NCBI GenBank assembly: GCA_043808175.1
Contig: JAZDFE010000010.1
Span: forward strand, 1 to 62,236
DNA length: 62,236 nt
Source: Candidatus Omnitrophota bacterium
GTDB taxonomy: Bacteria > Omnitrophota > Omnitrophia > Omnitrophales > Aquincolibacteriaceae
Reading direction: 5' to 3'
Every line of letters starts with the position of its first letter. The first letter of the stretch is position 1. Below, one piece after another: positions 57,943 through 62,236 of the stretch. The position numbers were made by a program, and so were the translations under genes. The notes beneath the pieces are model-generated. The model ran no database searches. It saw nothing but the letters and a program-made list of their open reading frames with translations, and had not been told where the DNA came from.

Positions 57943-57974
57943 AAAAAAACCTTGGCTCGATCAACGAGCTAAGG
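57943..57974 (-). terminator. Rho-independent terminator downstream of tRNA-Glu
   Basis: On the minus strand, CCTTAGCTCG-TTGAT-CGAGCCAAGG is followed by TTTTTTT. Confidence 0.65.
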
Positions 57975-58013
57975 CTCATTTATTTTTATCTCTGCCACAG
58001 AGATAAAAGTAAG

Positions 58014-58091
58014 TGGCGTCCCCAAGGGGATTTGAACCCCTGTTACCAGGATGAAAACCTGGTGTCCTAGGCCGACCTAGACGATGGGGAC
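58014..58091 (-). tRNA. tRNA-Glu (anticodon TTC), CCA encoded
   Basis: The reverse complement is GTCCCCATCGTCTAGGTCGGCCTAGGACACCAGGTTTTCATCCTGGTAACAGGGGTTCAAATCCCCTTGGGGACGCCA. The acceptor pairs GTCCCCA/TGGGGAC. The anticodon stem is CCAGG/CCTGG with loop TTTTCAT. It closely resembles E. coli tRNA-Glu. Confidence 0.92.
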
Positions 58092-58142
58092 ACAATTTCC
58101 TTTTGTCCCGCTCCTATAGCAACGTCAAATTGCTGATGAGCC

Positions 58143-58168
58143 GTACTTGCGCCATTGAGCGCAAGTGC
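58143..58168. repeat. Conserved hairpin GTACTTGCGC-N6-GCGCAAGTGC (copy 2 of 2)
   Basis: The arms are identical to 10321-10345. It lies between the stop of the giant ORF (58239) and tRNA-Glu. Confidence 0.7.
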
Positions 58169-58238
58169 GATGGGGACGCGGAAGAGCGCCAAAAGAGGGG
58201 CTGATTATACTGATTTGACTCTCTTGAGGGAAGAAATT

Positions 58239-61200
58239 TTACGCCGCAGTGCGGATCTGGAGATATCCTTGAATCGCCTGAAGTACGGTCGCGAGCAGGG
58301 CACCGTGATCATACTCCGAGGGCCTGTGAATATTAAACCGTTCTGTCTCCCATTGCTTGTCCAAAGCGGCATAAAGCACAGTCGTGAGGGCTGCGGCGAG
58401 GGTCTTCATGTCCCCCGCGTCCTCCGTCACCCAGCGGCTGCCAATCCCCTGTTGATAAGAGACCTGATCGAAGGACCCGCTGCTACGGGCCACCAGAGCG
58501 TCAACCTTTTGCGCTCCCTTCAACAAGAACGGATCCTCATGCCGCGAAGAAACGATCTTGAGCTGGTCCGGCGCCAATGTGATCCCCTCCCGTTTGGCAA
58601 GGGCGCGGATCTTTTCACCGATATCCTGGGCCGTCTTGCTGTCCGTGTCGATGTTGATCAAAAGACGCCCGCGCAACGACACAAGAGCTCCCAACACTAC
58701 CGCAAAATGTGTGACCAGCGCCGACCGGTCATTCTCCGTAAGATCCTTCAAATAAACATGAACCTGAGGTCCTTCAAGCAAAGTTTTGGACGGAAGCGTG
58801 ACGCCGGCCGGCAACTTCGTTTGAAGCATCTCCAGAACCTTGACCAGTCGTTCATTCGAGATCCCTGAAGTCGCCGCCTGAGTGAGGACTTTCTGTGTCA
58901 TTTGCCCAGCGACCCATCCCTGTGCCGCTTCCATCCGCGACAGTGTCACTTGCCGGTCTTCCACAGTCACGGAAACTTGTTCGGGAAGATAAAAGGCGAT
59001 CCCCGGCACGGAGAAAATAGTTTCCACAGCATCCGCGGCATTAATGACGGCGTCTTGAGGTAATTCCGGCGCGTCTAAAGTGAAAGTCTTGTTCGAAACC
59101 GCAAGCTGGTCCCTTGCAGCAGCCGTCGGGCCTCTGAGCTCCGAACGTTGGGGTCTCGCAGGATCGAACGGCAATTCCGCCGCAGCCCGCGTTATAAAAG
59201 AAAGTCCTTCCGCGAAAAGAAAAATCTGGCGGCGGCGATCGGTGCCGAGCTTATCCTCCCCCGCCTGCTTACGTTCCGGCGGATAAAGGTCCACGAGTTC
59301 CCCAGTCTCAGACCGTCCGAATTTATGCCAACCCTTCAAAATGCTCATAATGTATTCGGGACTTTTTTCCTTGTCGCCCGGTGTCTTCCAAGGCTCAAGC
59401 GACCATTCCCAAACAGCTTTCGGAAATTTTTCTATCGCCCTCGAGAATTCTTCGTGCTCCCCAGACGTTGTTTCGATGAGGCGTAAAAACCCGACGCTCC
59501 AGGCATCCGCTTCCTTTTGGATGTATTCCCGGATCGCTTGCTGATCCATATCTCCCTGGAAGGAGGCGGCCTTATACCCTCCCATGGCCCATACTTCTAA
59601 AGAATCGTGAAAAGCCTGCAAGACTTTCTGATGTGCGTATGAGTTCCGGTAGGGTTTCTTTTGAAATTGTTCATAAATATCGTCTATCTCCACTTTGATG
59701 GCTTGGATCCAATGTTCCAACTTTTCAATATTGTCCTGTATCGCTGCTGCTTCTCCTTTCAGCGATCTCAACATTCGTAAGAGCCGTTCAAACCTTCCCA
59801 AAGTAGCATTTGGACTTGACGGTTTTTCCAAGTGATGCTGAAGTGCGTTTAGATCCCTCCGAAGAATCCAGCCGAGAAGTTCCCTGTCTTGCATGTGAAG
59901 TTTACTCTGCAAGGACTGAAAATCGTAACTTGGATTTTTCAAGACTTGCGCCTGCGTCCCCTTCTCCCGCACTTCCGAACGCTGAGATCTCGCAGGGCTG
60001 AGCAGCAATTTCATTTGATAAGGTTCGAGTTCGCTTGCGGCCTGCGTCATAAAAGAAAGTCCTTCCGTGAAAAGAAAAATTTGGCGACGGCGCTCGGAAC
60101 CGATCTTATCCTCCCCCGCCCGCTTACGTTCCGGCGGATAAAGATCCACAAGTTCCCCCGTTTCAGACCGTCCGAATTTATGCCAACCCTTCAAAATGCT
60201 CATAATGTATTCGGGACTTTTTTTCTTATCGCCCGGTGTCTTCCAAGGTTCAAGCGACCATTCCCGGACCGCTCCAGGAAATGCCTTCACTAATTCTAAA
60301 AACCCCGTCTGATACCCGAGAGTTATTTCAATGAAACGCATCATTCCGATGATCCAGGCGTCCGCTTCTTTTCGAATGTATCGTTGGATCGCACGGTTAT
60401 GAAGAATGGCATCCTCATGAGCGCCCCCCCGATAAGGGGCCGGCTTGTACCAGCCCATGGACCAATTCCCCAGAGCATTGTGTAAAGATGTCAAGGCGCC
60501 CTGATGCTTGCCAAGACCTCGACGTTGATACGGTCCTGTCGTCAATGGAAAACGTATGAAAATCTCGTCCATGATCTTTTTCACAGATTGGATTTGTTTC
60601 ACCAGCCCCCCGGCCCGGTCCGTCTCTGCTTTCCGTCTAAGAGTCGTTAATCCGGCCAAAAGATCATTGAAGTTCTTAAAAAAGAAGAGCGGTTTGTAGG
60701 GCCTTGCCAAACTTTGGCGAAGCCCTGTCAGGTTCATCCGCTGGATCTTATCAAGGAATTTTCCGTCCTGTTCAAAAAGCCTGGCCCGCAAGGCTTCAAG
60801 CGCCCTGGTTTCCTCTTCCATCCTCATCTCAGAACGGCTTGTTTCCAAAACAGCCTCGGAATGTGAGACGCGGCGCATTATTTCTAAATTATTTCTGTAG
60901 CGGGCAAGCGTGTTTTGTGTTGATTTTACAAGATAGAAATTGGAGCCGTCCGCCTGGAGCACTTTACGCCATGGCTCGGAAAGGTCTTCGAGATTTTTCA
61001 TAAGAACAAGATAATTCCGGATGGCTTCTTTGACGTGTTCCTTGCCGGGCAATCGCCAGACCCGAAGCAGGTCGGCTTCTGTCACTTGGACGGAGTCCTG
61101 GCGGGGATCCAGATCCAGCAGAAGTTCAATAAAGAAGTCCGCATAAGAAAGCATTCGAAGGCCGTGGGAGAGGGCGAGTTTCCCGTCATGGGATATATGA

Positions 61201-62236
61201 GAGGATGTAAGATACGCCCATAATGAAAGAGGACCCGCATCGGTCGCCGCCATTTCCGGCGTAAAAAGCGGCACCTGCGGGTCGCGGCCCATCCACGCGT
61301 AAAGCCGCATGAGCATAAAAATCCCTCGGACGCGCTTCCCCACGATCGGCAGTCCCATCGCGGCCAAATCGATTGTCTGTTTAAAACCGGCGATCGCTTG
61401 CCACCAGTCCTCAGACCCCTCCGACGGATGATAAAAAAGCTGATGAACGGGAATGGGTCCCTGAATAAGTAACTCTTGGGAACGCCATGCTTCGTTGAGT
61501 TCCGCTTGCATGGCCGGAATGTCCATGGCGTCGACTTGATAGAATATCTGTTTCAGAGATTCGCTGTCGGAGCGTAAAAAGGCTTCAAGTCCCGCCGCTT
61601 GTTCGGCTGAGTTCAACCTGTCCCGCATATTCTTGAACGCCGGGCTCCGGAGGATGTCCCCCACGATCTCCTGATGCCTCGCCTCTTTTTCAGCATCCGT
61701 CATGGAAACATCATCATTCGAACGCATTTCGGAGCGGGAAAATGAGTTAATATAATTCGAAGTCACATAACCCGGCGAAAGAGGGTTAAGGAAGGTTCCG
61801 CTAACCGGGATTCCCGCTTTAATGGGAGAGATGAATGCCTTCCCAGGGACAGCCCCTTCGACCGTTTCAAGCGCTTTTCCCCTCATCTCAGAACGCCGGG
61901 ACTGCTGGAAATTCGCGTTCAGTTCCGTAAAAAGAGCTGCCAAGTCACCGATCTTAAAAGGTTTGCCTAGAAAATCAATGTGATGCTGCTGCGCTAATGC
62001 TTCCACGGCCCCGTTAAATACCGCTTGATCTCCCACATCACCGCTCATGAAAACGATAGGCACTTGCTCAAGTCCCGGTTTCTTGACCGCTTCCGCGACC
62101 CATTCATACCCCGTCATTCCGGGCATTCGCACATCCGTAAGAATAGCGTCCGGCATGAATTCTTTAAGCTTCTCCAAAGCATCCTCACCCGAATGTACCA
62201 TTGTCACTTTAAAACCGGCTCTCATAAGCACGCGCG
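58239..62236 (-). CDS. Giant receiver-domain protein with uncharacterised modules separated by RSE[MVL]R motifs; 5' end beyond the window
   Basis: More than 1,330 aa. The receiver domain enters mid-way (AILTDVRMPGMTGYEW...PIVFMSGD...FLGKPF), so about 25 codons lie past 62236. The remainder has no family I recognise. A roughly 285-aa module is duplicated. Confidence 0.8.
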   Translation of the reverse strand, partial: RVLMRAGFKVTMVHSGEDALEKLKEFMPDAILTDVRMPGMTGYEWVAEAVKKPGLEQVPIVFMSGDVGDQAVFNGAVEALAQQHHIDFLGKPFKIGDLAALFTELNANFQQSRRSEMRGKALETVEGAVPGKAFISPIKAGIPVSGTFLNPLSPGYVTSNYINSFSRSEMRSNDDVSMTDAEKEARHQEIVGDILRSPAFKNMRDRLNSAEQAAGLEAFLRSDSESLKQIFYQVDAMDIPAMQAELNEAWRSQELLIQGPIPVHQLFYHPSEGSEDWWQAIAGFKQTIDLAAMGLPIVGKRVRGIFMLMRLYAWMGRDPQVPLFTPEMAATDAGPLSLWAYLTSSHISHDGKLALSHGLRMLSYADFFIELLLDLDPRQDSVQVTEADLLRVWRLPGKEHVKEAIRNYLVLMKNLEDLSEPWRKVLQADGSNFYLVKSTQNTLARYRNNLEIMRRVSHSEAVLETSRSEMRMEEETRALEALRARLFEQDGKFLDKIQRMNLTGLRQSLARPYKPLFFFKNFNDLLAGLTTLRRKAETDRAGGLVKQIQSVKKIMDEIFIRFPLTTGPYQRRGLGKHQGALTSLHNALGNWSMGWYKPAPYRGGAHEDAILHNRAIQRYIRKEADAWIIGMMRFIEITLGYQTGFLELVKAFPGAVREWSLEPWKTPGDKKKSPEYIMSILKGWHKFGRSETGELVDLYPPERKRAGEDKIGSERRRQIFLFTEGLSFMTQAASELEPYQMKLLLSPARSQRSEVREKGTQAQVLKNPSYDFQSLQSKLHMQDRELLGWILRRDLNALQHHLEKPSSPNATLGRFERLLRMLRSLKGEAAAIQDNIEKLEHWIQAIKVEIDDIYEQFQKKPYRNSYAHQKVLQAFHDSLEVWAMGGYKAASFQGDMDQQAIREYIQKEADAWSVGFLRLIETTSGEHEEFSRAIEKFPKAVWEWSLEPWKTPGDKEKSPEYIMSILKGWHKFGRSETGELVDLYPPERKQAGEDKLGTDRRRQIFLFAEGLSFITRAAAELPFDPARPQRSELRGPTAAARDQLAVSNKTFTLDAPELPQDAVINAADAVETIFSVPGIAFYLPEQVSVTVEDRQVTLSRMEAAQGWVAGQMTQKVLTQAATSGISNERLVKVLEMLQTKLPAGVTLPSKTLLEGPQVHVYLKDLTENDRSALVTHFAVVLGALVSLRGRLLINIDTDSKTAQDIGEKIRALAKREGITLAPDQLKIVSSRHEDPFLLKGAQKVDALVARSSGSFDQVSYQQGIGSRWVTEDAGDMKTLAAALTTVLYAALDKQWETERFNIHRPSEYDHGALLATVLQAIQGYLQIRTAA

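Overview
This is a 62.2-kb bacterial chromosomal window, and almost every gene is on the minus strand. No tools were run: all family calls come from reading the translations, and all repeats and structures were found by eye.

**Housekeeping core.** Most of the window is conserved housekeeping genes:
- glnS, gltX and nadK
- xseA-xseB-ispA-dxs
- apt, rpoD, ppdK and glyQ-glyS
- uvrA
- nadX-panD-panC-folK
- recO-ybeY-phoH
- aspS-hisS, rpsU and mnmA
- three tRNAs: Gln-CTG, Arg-CCT and Glu-TTC

**Left edge.** A two-partner secretion locus sits here. The giant TpsA (more than 2,529 codons, start at 7589) is absent from the ORF track because it has no stop inside the window.

**Right third (accessory content).**
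- A glycan-modification cluster: a CE4 deacetylase, a frameshifted GT4, a GT2 and a B12-radical SAM protein. Part of it lies on an AT-richer segment bracketed by 82-bp direct repeats.
- A single 1,075-aa ORF fusing GlgM (maltose-1-phosphate synthase) to GlgE (maltosyltransferase).
- A 5'-truncated ORF of more than 1,330 aa. It opens with a receiver domain followed by unrecognisable modules, each separated by an R-S-E-[M/V/L]-R pentapeptide.

**Non-coding observations.**
- A five-member family of about 85-nt double-hairpin (REPIN/MITE-like) elements. One copy is nested inside another, and an inverted pair brackets a small lipoprotein gene.
- An identical 10-bp-stem hairpin next to two tRNA genes.
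- A roughly 280-nt deeply nested GC-rich hairpin domain between nadK and a ybcJ-like gene.
- Two other hairpin-dense intergenic regions.

**Not found.** I saw no CRISPR array, integrase, reverse transcriptase or recognisable defence gene.

**Best novelty candidates.** In order: the receiver-anchored modular giant protein, the mobile hairpin family, the GlgM-GlgE fusion and the 15-kb structured element. None of these is proven.
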